The notes beneath the pieces were generated by a model. That model worked only from the letters and a program-made list of their open reading frames with translations. It was not told the origin of the DNA and searched no databases. A program made the position numbers and the translations under genes. Shown one piece after another: positions 1 to 9,708 of a stretch of 64,000 nucleotides of DNA. Numbering within the stretch: the stretch's first letter is position 1; the number at the start of each line of letters is the position of its first letter. This DNA is from an uncultured delta proteobacterium (GTDB lineage: Bacteria; Myxococcota; Myxococcia; Myxococcales; Myxococcaceae): assembly GCA_963796055.1 (NCBI GenBank), contig CAWCKH010000001.1, forward strand, positions 64,001-128,000, written 5' to 3'.

Positions 1-742
1 GGGCCATCAGACGCGCTCGCCGCCGCCAGCCGAGGTCGCGCAGCGAGCCCCGCAGAACGCCCAGTCGCTGGAGCCGCAGCTCGCTGATCCGGACCACGTG
101 GGCGAGGAAGGCCTCGGTGTGCCGGAGGACCTCGTGCTCGGTGCCCAGCCGGCGCTGGATGAAGCGCGCCAGCCGGGGCAGCGCGATCAGGCTGAGGAGG
201 TTGGCCCCCAGCAGGTCGTCCGCCAGGCCGGGGTGCTCGGCCACGAGGCGAACCGTCTCGGCCTCGCCGAAGGCGACGTGGTGCTCCTCCTGCCGGGCGG
301 CACCCTCGAGCAGCCGGACGATCTCCGGGGCCTCGATGGTGTCGATGAGCGCCTGGAAGACGGCGAGGACCAGCCCCTCGCCCACCGCCATCTCGGTGGC
401 GACGTGCTCGGCATAGTCGGTGCCCATCGCCCCGGTGGAGAGGAAGCGCACCACCGGGTGGGGCGGCCCCGGTGTCGTCCCGAGCAGCGCGTGGATGCGC
501 AGGAACACCCGGACATGCGCGAGCTCCTCGCTCGCCTGGCGGGCGAAGAAGCTGGCGGCCTCGAGGGAGGGCGCTCCGTACAGCCAGTACCCCACCTGGA
601 TGCCGGTCACCTCTCCATAGAGGAACTGGTCGACGATCCACCCGAGCAGCGCGCGGTCGCGCGGGAGCCGGAAGCGCGCGTCGCCGAAGTCGAAGCGCAG
701 CTCGTCGCGACTCACGCGCATCTGCTGGGTCGGGGTGACCAC
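1..742 (-). CDS. Ferritin-like diiron protein (partial, runs off the left edge; not in the ORF track)
   Basis: Manual minus-strand translation from GTG at 742 (in-frame ATG at 721) stays open to the edge with GC-rich third positions: QFLYGEVTG...QASEELAHV...EMAVGEG...RQEEHHVAFG, giving two ExxH motifs. Confidence 0.7.
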   Translation of the reverse strand, partial: MVTPTQQMRVSRDELRFDFGDARFRLPRDRALLGWIVDQFLYGEVTGIQVGYWLYGAPSLEAASFFARQASEELAHVRVFLRIHALLGTTPGPPHPVVRFLSTGAMGTDYAEHVATEMAVGEGLVLAVFQALIDTIEAPEIVRLLEGAARQEEHHVAFGEAETVRLVAEHPGLADDLLGANLLSLIALPRLARFIQRRLGTEHEVLRHTEAFLAHVVRISELRLQRLGVLRGSLRDLGWRRRARLMA

Positions 743-810
743 GGAGCCGACTCTAACGCGGGCGTCGCGGCGGGTGCTCGGCGGTGGCCCGAGCGCTGCG
801 CGGGTGCGCC

Positions 811-1788
811 TCAGGCCTGGCCCGTCCCGGACCCCGGCCGCAGGACGAACCTGCCGACCCGGGGGAGGATCTCGTCGGTGCGGTAGTGGCGGAAGTCCTC
901 GGCCAGGGGCACCGAGGCGAGCTGCTCCGCGGCACAGGCATCGTGCTCGGCATGCTCCTCGAGCAGCTCGAAGCCGGCTTGCCGGAAGAGACCTCGGAAG
1001 TCCCGGTGGCGCAGCCGGTTCTGGTAGTGGAACGAGGTGTTGAAGTGCGCCCACTCCCGGGAGCTGAAGCGGAGGAAGTTGTAGACGTTGATCTGGCTGT
1101 CGCCGTGGGCGAAGTGATCCGAGTAATCGACGATGTGGCTGACCACGGATCGCTCGTGGCACAGCCGGCGGCTCTCGCGCAGGATGACGCGGAGGTCCGG
1201 CACGGAGATGTGCTCCAGGGTGCTGGTGGTGGCGATGAGGTCGACGCTTCCTGCGGGCAGCCGGGTGTCGCGGGCATCCGCGGGGGCCAGATAGCGGATG
1301 CCGTAGATCTGCTCCAGGCTCCGGTCGAACCCCTGGCCTTCCGGAAGGAGTACGCTGGGGGTCCGGACTCCTCCCTCCGGAGGCTCCTGCTGCAGATGCC
1401 GGATCGCGGCGTTGACGAAGCTCGGACGGACCCAGCGCGAGAGATCCATGACGGTCTGCCGGTTGATGCCCAGGGTCCAGAAGACCAGATTTCCGTAGAG
1501 GTCCCAGCCCGCGCCGAACTCGAAGAGGCGGGCGTCGCCCAGCGGACCGAACCGTTCACGAAAGGCGCGGACGTGGTGCCGCTGTGAGGCGCTGCTCTCC
1601 TGGGTGGGGGAGAGGTGCCGCGGATAGCTCCGGGTCACGTAGCGCTGGAGGAGCGAGTAGGCCGTCCGCTGCATCGGAACGTGCTCGAGCACTCGAAATG
1701 TCAGCGCCTTGAGCCGCCAGTCGCTGAGGACCGCGGAGATCGATCGCGGACGATTCACCTCGGTTCGGAGATCGCTGAGCAGCTGCAC
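811..1788 (-). CDS. Class I SAM-dependent methyltransferase
   Basis: C-terminal part of ORF 811..2106; LFEFGAGW motif I-like, DLIATTSTLEHI; start placed at GTG 1788 after GGAGGGG (uncertain). Confidence 0.75.
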   Translation of the reverse strand: MQLLSDLRTEVNRPRSISAVLSDWRLKALTFRVLEHVPMQRTAYSLLQRYVTRSYPRHLSPTQESSASQRHHVRAFRERFGPLGDARLFEFGAGWDLYGNLVFWTLGINRQTVMDLSRWVRPSFVNAAIRHLQQEPPEGGVRTPSVLLPEGQGFDRSLEQIYGIRYLAPADARDTRLPAGSVDLIATTSTLEHISVPDLRVILRESRRLCHERSVVSHIVDYSDHFAHGDSQINVYNFLRFSSREWAHFNTSFHYQNRLRHRDFRGLFRQAGFELLEEHAEHDACAAEQLASVPLAEDFRHYRTDEILPRVGRFVLRPGSGTGQA

Positions 1789-1934
1789 CGGTGGATCACC
1801 CCTCCGTGGTCCGGACCGAAGCTGGGCATCTTCGGTCGTGTTTGCACCTCCCGTTCGTTTCCCATCGAACTTGTCTCTCCGGGCTGGTCGAATGCGCTCT
1901 CCGCGGGCCGGTCGCTCGCGCACGGACTGGCGGG

Positions 1935-2999
1935 ATGAGCGTCGAGACAGCGCTGGAGGCAGAGGCGAGGGCGCTTCACCGGACCGCGTACGTCGCGGAT
2001 GCGCACGCCGATGCGCTGCTCTGGAACCGGGACCTGCGCGTGCGGCAGCGGCGCGGGCACGTGGACTTCGTCCGGCTCGCCGAGGCGGGGGTGCGGCTGC
2101 AGGCATTCACCGTGGTCTCCCGAGGTTTCCCCTTCATCGGCGGCTTCCCCGCCTTCGCCCTTGCCCACGGCTGGCCGCTCGAGGCGATCCGGAGCCCGTG
2201 GAGGCGGGCGCTCTTCCAGATCGAGCGGCTCACGCTGACCTGCGCCACCGGTGCCGCCGTGCTCGCCACGACTCCGGCAGCGCTGGCTGCAGCCGAGCGC
2301 GAGGGGAAGCTGGCCTGCGTGCTCGGGGTCGAAGGCGGGCACGCGATCGAGGGTCAGGTCGACCGGGTGGCCGAGCTCGCCCGGGGAGGCGTCGCCTTCA
2401 TGGGGCTGACCCACCTCGTCCCGAACGAGCTGGGCGGCTCCTCGTTCCCGCTCCGGGGGCGCCGCGGGCTCACCACCCTCGGCGGCCAGGTGCTCGAGGC
2501 GATGGCGGCCCACGGCCTCGCGGTCGACGTCGCGCACGCCTCACCACGACTCCTGACCGCGCTCCTCGCCCGGGACCAGCCGCGCATCTTCTGCTCGCAC
2601 ACCGGGGTCGCGGCCCTCGGGCCGCAGTGGCGCAACCTGGACGACGTTGCCCTCCGGCGGATCGCCGACCGGGGTGGGGTGGTCGGGATCATCTTCGGCA
2701 CGCCGTACCTCGGCAGTCGTCGTCTGGAAGCGGTGGCCGACCACCTCGAGCACGCGGTCCGGGTCGCGGGCGAGGAGGCGGTGTGCCTCGGCAGCGACTT
2801 CGATGGGCTCGTCCCGCTCCCCGCCGGGATGCGCGACGTGACCGACCTCTGGAAGCTGACCGCCATTCTCCTCGCGCGTGGCCACTCTCGAGTGCGGCTG
2901 GAGCGGATCCTCGGCCTCAACCTGCGCCGGTTCCTGTCCGAGGTGCTCGGCGACCTCGAGCGCCGGCGCTCAGCCCTGGATCCACCCCGGCCAGGATGA
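1935..2999 (+). CDS. Membrane dipeptidase (peptidase M19, amidohydrolase fold)
   Basis: DAHAD, GVEGGH, VDVAH, SHTG and GSDFDG motifs; ATG at 1935 within ORF 1791..2999. Confidence 0.85.
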   Translation: MSVETALEAEARALHRTAYVADAHADALLWNRDLRVRQRRGHVDFVRLAEAGVRLQAFTVVSRGFPFIGGFPAFALAHGWPLEAIRSPWRRALFQIERLTLTCATGAAVLATTPAALAAAEREGKLACVLGVEGGHAIEGQVDRVAELARGGVAFMGLTHLVPNELGGSSFPLRGRRGLTTLGGQVLEAMAAHGLAVDVAHASPRLLTALLARDQPRIFCSHTGVAALGPQWRNLDDVALRRIADRGGVVGIIFGTPYLGSRRLEAVADHLEHAVRVAGEEAVCLGSDFDGLVPLPAGMRDVTDLWKLTAILLARGHSRVRLERILGLNLRRFLSEVLGDLERRRSALDPPRPG

Positions 3000-3785
3000 T
3001 CACCGAGCCCGCGCGAGGAACCGGTCGAGTGCGGCATTGAACGCGGCCGGCTGCTCGAGATTGGCCAGGTGGCCGGCGCCTGGAATCTCCACGAGCTCCG
3101 CGCCAGGGACGAGCTCCGCCATCGCCCGCGCCTTCGCCGGCGGGGTAATGACGTCGTCCGCCCCCACCACCACCAGCACCGGCCCGCCGAAGCGGGCGAG
3201 GATGTCACGGGCGTCCGGCCGCAGCGCCATTCCGCGCTGCGCTGCGGCCTGACCCTCGGGCAATCCAGCGCTGATCCACCCGGAGACCCGGGCACGCAGG
3301 GTGGCCGGAGCGCCCGGTCCGAGCAACCGGTCCACCATCGGGAGCAGCGCAGCCGGGCCCTTCGCCAGGACCTCCTGGGCGGTCCTCTCCCGGCCCTCGC
3401 GCCCCTGCGCGTCGTCGGCCGAGGTCTGGGTGTCGGCGAGCAGCAAGGCCCGGACTCGCCCGGGGTCGTTCCGGAGCAGCGCCAGCGCGGCATAGCCACC
3501 CATCGACACCCCGCCCACCACCGCCGAGTCGATCCCGAGGTGGTCGAGGAGAGCGAGCACGTCGTCCGCCATCGCGCCCATCTCGCTCGGCCCCGCGCCG
3601 ACGGTGCTCCCGCCGAACCCGCGCAGGTCCGGCACGATGAACCGCGCCCGACCCGAGAGCGCGGTCCACTGCGGCTCGAACATCTCGCCCTCGAGAGGGA
3701 ACGCGTGGAGGAGGAGCACCGGAGGGCCACTGCCGACGTCACGAAATCGGAGACGCATTCCTCCAGGCGCGGTCCATGTAGGCAT
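3000..3785 (-). CDS. Alpha/beta fold hydrolase
   Basis: LLHAFP, DLRGFG, GVSMGG nucleophile elbow, GHLANLEQP; start at 3785 or 3758. Confidence 0.85.
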   Translation of the reverse strand: MPTWTAPGGMRLRFRDVGSGPPVLLLHAFPLEGEMFEPQWTALSGRARFIVPDLRGFGGSTVGAGPSEMGAMADDVLALLDHLGIDSAVVGGVSMGGYAALALLRNDPGRVRALLLADTQTSADDAQGREGRERTAQEVLAKGPAALLPMVDRLLGPGAPATLRARVSGWISAGLPEGQAAAQRGMALRPDARDILARFGGPVLVVVGADDVITPPAKARAMAELVPGAELVEIPGAGHLANLEQPAAFNAALDRFLARAR

Positions 3786-3790
3786 GCACC

Positions 3791-4984
3791 GTGACATGGA
3801 TCGTCGCGGGGACTCCGTGCAAGCTCTCGGACGGTCCCTTGCTACCCCCCGCACTCGAGTCGGCCCTCTCCACCGTCCCGGAGTCGCAAGCCACCCGTCT
3901 CCGTCAGGTGTGTCACGGCGCGGCGAACGCGCTCGCCCATCTCACCGACCTCGACCTGCTCCAGTACGAATCGACGGTCACCACCTCCAGCCTCGATCTC
4001 TCCACCTGGGAGGAGATGGCGCCGGTGGTCGCGGCGACGCTCCGGGACGTCAACGCCTTCATCGACCTGGTGCGCACCCAGGTGGGGGTGCAGCCCGCGG
4101 CGCGGGGCAACGGGCTGGCCTCGCTGGTCGAGGACGCGGTGCTCGACGATGCGGCCCGCGCCGGGCTCGAGCGGGTGCTCGAGTCCGGCGCCACGCAGCT
4201 GTTCGAGCAGGTCCAGACCCTGGGGGCCAAGGTCCGTGACCCGGGCGTGGTGGCCGACCGGTGGAACCTGCTCGCCGAGGTGCAGGCCTCGCGCACCCGG
4301 TTCCGCGAGCACATCGGCACGCTGGTGTTCGACCTGGTGGCCCCCTTCGGGGACGTCGAGCGCTCCGAGGTCGTCCCCGGGCTCGCCGAGGAGGTGGCGG
4401 GGGCGGTCACGGTCCGCGCGGCGGTGGCCGATCTGCGCCGGGTGCTCGAGGCGCGCGCGACGAAGCTCCGCCAGGCGAGCGCCGAGGACGTGCAGTGGCA
4501 CGCCCAGCACCTCGAGCAGGAGATGGACGCGTTCGGGCGCACCGCCCCCTACCGCTCGCTCCGTGCCCAGGACAAGCGGCGGCTCATCGAGTACCGGCAG
4601 GAGGTCCGGGAGATGGCGGCGGTGCCGCTGCCGGCGAAGGCGGACGTGATGGACGCCTGCCAGCGGGTGCTGGAGCTGGTGAAGAGCCTGGCGGTGGTGA
4701 ACCAGCGGGCGCTGCTCCGCCGCCACGACCACGAGGTGTGGGCCAGGAGCGGAGTGAAGCTCGAGCAGGCCGAGGCGCTCCTCCCCGTCGACCGGCGTGC
4801 CGCCGCGGTCGCCCTGGCCGAGGCCGCAGAGCTGGCCGCCGGCCTCTACGGACGGAGCGAGCCGCTCGACGAGTTCCTCCGCCGGGCCCGCAAGCAGAGC
4901 CTGTCCCTGTTGCCCGCCGAGGAGGTCGACCGGGTGCTCGAGGAGCTCCGGGCGCTGCTGGCCGGGCTTCCGCTCGCCGAGTGA
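3791..4984 (+). CDS. Hypothetical alpha-helical protein
   Basis: Long ORF with typical codon bias and no recognisable motif; true start probably downstream (e.g. TTG 3839). Confidence 0.65.
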   Translation: MTWIVAGTPCKLSDGPLLPPALESALSTVPESQATRLRQVCHGAANALAHLTDLDLLQYESTVTTSSLDLSTWEEMAPVVAATLRDVNAFIDLVRTQVGVQPAARGNGLASLVEDAVLDDAARAGLERVLESGATQLFEQVQTLGAKVRDPGVVADRWNLLAEVQASRTRFREHIGTLVFDLVAPFGDVERSEVVPGLAEEVAGAVTVRAAVADLRRVLEARATKLRQASAEDVQWHAQHLEQEMDAFGRTAPYRSLRAQDKRRLIEYRQEVREMAAVPLPAKADVMDACQRVLELVKSLAVVNQRALLRRHDHEVWARSGVKLEQAEALLPVDRRAAAVALAEAAELAAGLYGRSEPLDEFLRRARKQSLSLLPAEEVDRVLEELRALLAGLPLAE

Positions 4985-5017
4985 GTCCGCCGGGTGGGGT
5001 AGGGTCCTTCGCCCCTC

Positions 5018-5818
5018 ATGACCGAGCTCCGACCGCTCCGCGAGGCCGACCTGTCCCGCGTCGAGGCCGTCTTCACCGACGTCGATGGGACGCTCACCAC
5101 CGGTGGGCGGCTGCGGGCGTCCACCCTCGGCGCGCTGGAGCGGCTCGACCGGGCGGGGGTGCCGGTGGTGCTGGTGACGGGACGGCCGGCCGGCTTCGCC
5201 GAGGCCTGGGCCCGCACGTTACCCGTCTGCGGGGTCATCGCCGAGAACGGCGGCCTCTCGGTGCGGCTCGACGCCCGCGGCGCACTCCGCAAGGCCTACG
5301 CCCGTCCCCGGTCGGTACGGGCCCGCGAGCAGCGCCGGCTGGTGCGGGTGGTGCAGGCGGCCTTGCGCGCCGTGCCCGGGGCGCGCATGTCCACCGACAG
5401 TCTCTACGCCGAGGTGGATCTGGCCATCGACGTCAACGAGGAGGTCCGGCTCGGAGCGGACGCCGTGCGGCGGCTGGAGGACTTTCTCGCCGCCCGCGGA
5501 GTGCACGCGGTTCGCTCCAGCGTTCACGTCAACGCCTGGATCGGCCCGTTCAACAAGGCCGGGATGGTGCGACGCTTCATCCGCTCGGTGTGGAAGGAGC
5601 GGCTCCGTCCGGACGATCGGCGCTACCTGTTCGTCGGTGACAGCCTCAACGACGCCCCGCTGTTCGCCGCGTTCCCGCTCAGCGTGGGGGTGGCCAACGT
5701 GCGCGCCGTGCTGGCCCTGCTCGACCACCGCCCCCGCTTCGTGACCCGGGCGCCCGAGGGCGCGGGCTTCGAGGAGGTGGCCCGTGCGGTGCTGCGGGCG
5801 CGGAGGGCCGGGGCGTGA
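5018..5818 (+). CDS. HAD-superfamily hydrolase (Cof/IIB-like)
   Basis: FTDVDGTLT motif I, VTGRP motif II, GDSLND motif IV. Confidence 0.85.
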   Translation: MTELRPLREADLSRVEAVFTDVDGTLTTGGRLRASTLGALERLDRAGVPVVLVTGRPAGFAEAWARTLPVCGVIAENGGLSVRLDARGALRKAYARPRSVRAREQRRLVRVVQAALRAVPGARMSTDSLYAEVDLAIDVNEEVRLGADAVRRLEDFLAARGVHAVRSSVHVNAWIGPFNKAGMVRRFIRSVWKERLRPDDRRYLFVGDSLNDAPLFAAFPLSVGVANVRAVLALLDHRPRFVTRAPEGAGFEEVARAVLRARRAGA

Positions 5819-7011
5819 GCCTGGTCCGGCTGGAGCTGCAGCGCGGGCTCGGGCGGCACCTGCGCGCCGGCCACCCCTGGGTCTTCCGCAAGGCGGTGGA
5901 GAAGCTGCCGAAGATTCCTCCGGGGAGCGTGGTGGATCTCACCGAGGGCGGGAAGTTCGTGGCCCGCGGGTACTTCGACCCCCTGAGCCCCATCGCCGTC
6001 CGCGTCCTGACCCGGGATGTGCGGGAGGTCATCGACGGCGACTTCTTCCGCCGCCGCGTCGGGTCCGCGTGGGAGCTCCGCGAGCGGCTCCTGGACCGGA
6101 CCGACACCGACAGCTTCCGGCTGGTGCACGGCGAATCCGACGGGCTTCCGGGCGTGGTGGCCGACCTCTACGCCGGCACGGTGGTCCTCAAGCTGTACTC
6201 GGCCGGGCTCACCCCGGCCCGCGGGATGCTGGTGGACGCGCTCCGGGCGCTCCCGGGGGTCCGGGGGGTGCTGGGGCGAGACCAGCCCGCGGGCGAGGAG
6301 GGCGACGAGGAGGGGAAGGGCCGGGCGCGGCTGCTCTGGGGGGAGGAGCCGGCCGACCCGGTGGTGATCGGCGAGCGCGGGGTGCGCTTCGGCGTCGACG
6401 TCCGCCGCGGCCAGAAGACGGGCTTCTTCCTGGACCAGCGCGAGAACCGCGCACTGGTCCGACGGCTGTCCCGCGGGGCCACGGTGCTGAACTGCTTCAG
6501 CTACTCCGGCGGCTTCAGCGTCAACGCCGCGCTCGGGGGCGCGGCGCGGGTCTTCAGCGTGGACCAGGACGCGGACGCCATCGCGCTGGCCCGGCAGAAC
6601 TTCGTCCGCAACGGCCTCGACCCCAACGCCCACGACTTCCTCGCCGCGGACGTCTTCACCTTGCTGTCCTCCCTCCGCGACGAGGGCCGAAGGTTCGACA
6701 TCGTCATCCTCGATCCGCCGGCCTTCGCCAAGAGCCAGCGGGCGGTGGAGGCCGCCCTGGACGGCTACGCCTCGCTGAACCGGCAGGCGCTCGAGGTGGT
6801 TGCCCCCGGAGGCCTGCTGGTGACCGCCTCCTGCTCGGCCCGGGTGACGCCCGAGGTGTTCGAGGGCGCGGTGAAGGAGGCCGGGTTCAAGGCGGGCGTG
6901 GATCTGACCCTGGTGGAGGAGCGGTACCAGCCGCCGGACCACCCCATCCGCCTCCAGTTCCCCGAGGGGCGCTACCTCAAGTTCCTGGTCCTTCTGGTAA
7001 AACCGTGGTGA
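5815..7011 (+). CDS. RlmI/RlmK-like class I SAM-dependent rRNA methyltransferase
   Basis: GHPWVF PUA-like N-terminus, RLVHGESDGLPG, GQKTGFFLDQRENR, FSYSGGF, ILDPPAF, SCS; GTGA overlap with the upstream gene. Confidence 0.85.
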   Translation: MSLVRLELQRGLGRHLRAGHPWVFRKAVEKLPKIPPGSVVDLTEGGKFVARGYFDPLSPIAVRVLTRDVREVIDGDFFRRRVGSAWELRERLLDRTDTDSFRLVHGESDGLPGVVADLYAGTVVLKLYSAGLTPARGMLVDALRALPGVRGVLGRDQPAGEEGDEEGKGRARLLWGEEPADPVVIGERGVRFGVDVRRGQKTGFFLDQRENRALVRRLSRGATVLNCFSYSGGFSVNAALGGAARVFSVDQDADAIALARQNFVRNGLDPNAHDFLAADVFTLLSSLRDEGRRFDIVILDPPAFAKSQRAVEAALDGYASLNRQALEVVAPGGLLVTASCSARVTPEVFEGAVKEAGFKAGVDLTLVEERYQPPDHPIRLQFPEGRYLKFLVLLVKPW

Positions 7012-7631
7012 GCCGGGGTCAGTACCTCGAGCGGCCGGCGCTCATTCCGGTCGGGCAGATCGTCCTCGAGGGGCTCTGGCACCGCGGCCGCAAGCAGCCG
7101 CCGGTCCTGGTCTTGCCGCCCCCGCCCGGGAAGGGGTCGATGGACCACGTGGTGTGTGCCGAGCTGGCCTGGGCCACCGCCCGGACGGGCCGTCCGGTGC
7201 TCCGCTTCAACTTCCGGGGCGTGGGCGCGAGCCAGGGCCCGCTGGGCGACGCCGGCTCGCGGCTCGAGGACGCGGCCGGAGCGCTCCGCCTCCTCCGGGA
7301 AAACACCGCCGCGGTGGGCGTCGCGGTGGCCGCGGTGGGCGGGTCCGCCGACACGGCCGTCGCCCTGGCGCGGGAGCATCCGGGGATCGTGGCGGCCGTC
7401 CTCGTCAGCCCGCCGGCCAGCGTCCTGACACCGAGGCCGGGCTTCCCGCTGCTCTGTATCGTGGGCGAGGACGAGCCGGGTCGGGTGGGACTCCTCGCCG
7501 CCGCGGGGGAGGCCGGAGGTCGGGTGGAGCTGGTCGCCGGCGCAGACGGACGGTTCCAGCGCAACCTTTCCGAGGTGGGGCGGGCGGCCCTCCGATGGCT
7601 CGAAGGTGTCGGCAAGCACCTGGAATCGTGA
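7005..7631 (+). CDS. Alpha/beta hydrolase-fold protein (catalytic Ser motif apparently degenerate)
   Basis: C-terminal part of ORF 5784..7631; GSMDHVV, LRFNFRGVGASQG; AVGGS where GxSxG is expected. Confidence 0.7.
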   Translation: MVSRGQYLERPALIPVGQIVLEGLWHRGRKQPPVLVLPPPPGKGSMDHVVCAELAWATARTGRPVLRFNFRGVGASQGPLGDAGSRLEDAAGALRLLRENTAAVGVAVAAVGGSADTAVALAREHPGIVAAVLVSPPASVLTPRPGFPLLCIVGEDEPGRVGLLAAAGEAGGRVELVAGADGRFQRNLSEVGRAALRWLEGVGKHLES

Positions 7632-7722
7632 AGAAAGACGTGGGCGCCCCAATCGGGGCCGGGCCGGGGCGTATGACGTGCGGGAGGTCGAGTGCGGTCC
7701 TGAGGGGGCGGAAGGAGCCTGG

Positions 7723-9495
7723 ATGTCCGGGTGGTGGTTGAGCGGCGTTCTCCTGCTGGGGGCGGCGTGTACGCCGGTGCCCGGGCACACCAAGGTGACT
7801 CCCCCGGGGACGGCCGGTGCCTCCGCCGTTCCCCACGCGCTGGTGGTGGACTTCCGCGATGGCACCTCCGCGGAGGAGGTCGCCGAGCGCGCCCGCCGCT
7901 GGGGCCTGTCGCTCCATCTCAACTCGGTGGAAGGCCCCCGCTCGGGCATCGCCATCGCCGAGGGCGTGGAGGACGTGGACGCCGCGCTGGCCCACATCCG
8001 CGGAGACGCCGACGTCGAGGAGGCCGAGCCGCTGGTCCAGATGGAGGCGCTGGCCTTCACCCCGAACGATCCCGAGTTCCCCAGGCAGTGGAATCTCAGG
8101 ATGATCCACATGCCGGAGGCCTGGGAGCGTTCCCGGGGCAAGGGCGTGGTGGTCGCGGTCATCGACACCGGCATCGCCTACGAGGACCACGGCGACTTCG
8201 TGCAGGTGCCGGACCTGGCCGGAGCGCGCTTCGTCCCCGGGTACGACTTCGTCAACGACACCGACCACCCCAACGACGACAACGGGCACGGGACCCACGT
8301 GGCCGGCACCATCGCCCAGCGCACCAACAACGGCGTGGGAGTGGCGGGCGTGGCGTTCGAGGCGCGCCTGATGCCGTTGAAGGTCCTCAGCCGCGCCGGC
8401 CTGGGGAACTCGGCGGACATCTCCGACGCCATCCGCTGGGCGGTGGACCACGGCGCGAAGGTGCTCAACCTCTCGCTCGGCGGGCCTGGCTACTCGGCAG
8501 TGATGGAGCGCGCGGTGGCCTACGCCCGGAGCAAGGGTGCGGTGGTGGTCTGCGCGGCAGGCAACGCCGGCACCGGTCAGGTCTCGTACCCGGCGGCGTA
8601 CGCCGGCGCGGTGGCCGTCGGGGCGGTGGGCCCGGATGGGCAGCTGGCGCCGTACTCGTCGTGGGGAGAGGCACTGGACGTGGTGGCGCCGGGCGGAAAC
8701 ACCCGCCTCGGGCCGGGAAACGGCATCCTCCAGGCGACCATCGACCGGGCGGACTTCCGCAAGCCGGTCCTCGCCGAGTACCAGGGGACGTCCATGGCCA
8801 CCCCCCACGTGGCCGGGGTGGCAGCGCTGCTCTTCGCCGCCGGGGCGAGGACGCCGGACGAGGTGGAGAAGGCGCTGTTCGAGGGCGCGGTCTCCGACGG
8901 CGGCGCCTGGACGCCGCGGGCGGGACACGGCCGGCTGGACGCGCTCGGCGCTCTGAACGCGCTCGGCACCACCGCGCCGGGGGTGGACTGGGCTCCCCTC
9001 GTCTGGAGCGCGGCACTGCTGGCGCTGCTGCTGCTGTCGCTGAAAGTGAAGGTCCGCCCGGGGTTCCTGAACGTACTGCTCAACCCGGCGACGCTCCTGC
9101 CGCTGCTGCTCAGCACGGTGGGCCTGTGGTTCCTGAAGCTCCTCTGGCAGCGCTTCGTGGGCCACCCGCCGGCGGCCGCCGAGGTGCTCTCCCTCCCCAT
9201 CCCCGACTGGGAACGCATCCTCTTCGGGCGGGGCCGGCTGGCGAGCCCGCTGATGTACAGCGCCCTGGTGCCTGGGGTCGCGGCGCTGTTCGCCCTGAAG
9301 TGGCGGGCGCTGCGTCCGGTCGTCGCTGGCCTGGCACTGGGGTTTGCCGGATTCTTGCTCTACGCGGCCTGGGCGAAGGCGCCGGCCATCGCCTACCTTC
9401 CCTTCACGTTCCTCGCGCGGCCCTGGCTGGTGCTGAACGGCGTCCTCGCGGCGCTGCTCAGCCGGGCGATGCTCCGGAGGGAGGCGCGGCGATGA
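7723..9495 (+). CDS. S8 subtilisin-like serine peptidase with signal/lipoprotein N-terminus and C-terminal multi-TM domain
   Basis: VAVIDTG (Asp), HGTHVAGTIA (His), AAGN oxyanion site, GTSMATPHVAG (Ser); hydrophobic C-terminal ~170 aa. Confidence 0.9.
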   Translation: MSGWWLSGVLLLGAACTPVPGHTKVTPPGTAGASAVPHALVVDFRDGTSAEEVAERARRWGLSLHLNSVEGPRSGIAIAEGVEDVDAALAHIRGDADVEEAEPLVQMEALAFTPNDPEFPRQWNLRMIHMPEAWERSRGKGVVVAVIDTGIAYEDHGDFVQVPDLAGARFVPGYDFVNDTDHPNDDNGHGTHVAGTIAQRTNNGVGVAGVAFEARLMPLKVLSRAGLGNSADISDAIRWAVDHGAKVLNLSLGGPGYSAVMERAVAYARSKGAVVVCAAGNAGTGQVSYPAAYAGAVAVGAVGPDGQLAPYSSWGEALDVVAPGGNTRLGPGNGILQATIDRADFRKPVLAEYQGTSMATPHVAGVAALLFAAGARTPDEVEKALFEGAVSDGGAWTPRAGHGRLDALGALNALGTTAPGVDWAPLVWSAALLALLLLSLKVKVRPGFLNVLLNPATLLPLLLSTVGLWFLKLLWQRFVGHPPAAAEVLSLPIPDWERILFGRGRLASPLMYSALVPGVAALFALKWRALRPVVAGLALGFAGFLLYAAWAKAPAIAYLPFTFLARPWLVLNGVLAALLSRAMLRREARR

Positions 9496-9707
9496 AGGTC
9501 CGAGGGACGGTCGAGTTCCGGGACGTGGAGATGGGAGTCTGGGTGCTCGCCGGGGACGATGGCAGGACCTACCAGATCGCCGGAGGGCGCTCCTCGCTGC
9601 TCAAGGAAGGGCAGCGGGTGGAGATCGACGGCGACGTCGACGAGGCCGCGATGGGCATCTCGATGGTCGGCCCGGTGCTGCGGGTGCACGGCTACAAGAG
9701 GCTGTGA
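9492..9707 (+). CDS. Small hypothetical beta-strand protein (DUF5818-like)
   Basis: MKVRGTVEFRDVEMGVWVLAGDDGRTYQIAGG...; ATGA overlap with the protease stop codon. Confidence 0.65.
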   Translation: MKVRGTVEFRDVEMGVWVLAGDDGRTYQIAGGRSSLLKEGQRVEIDGDVDEAAMGISMVGPVLRVHGYKRL

Positions 9708-9708
9708 G

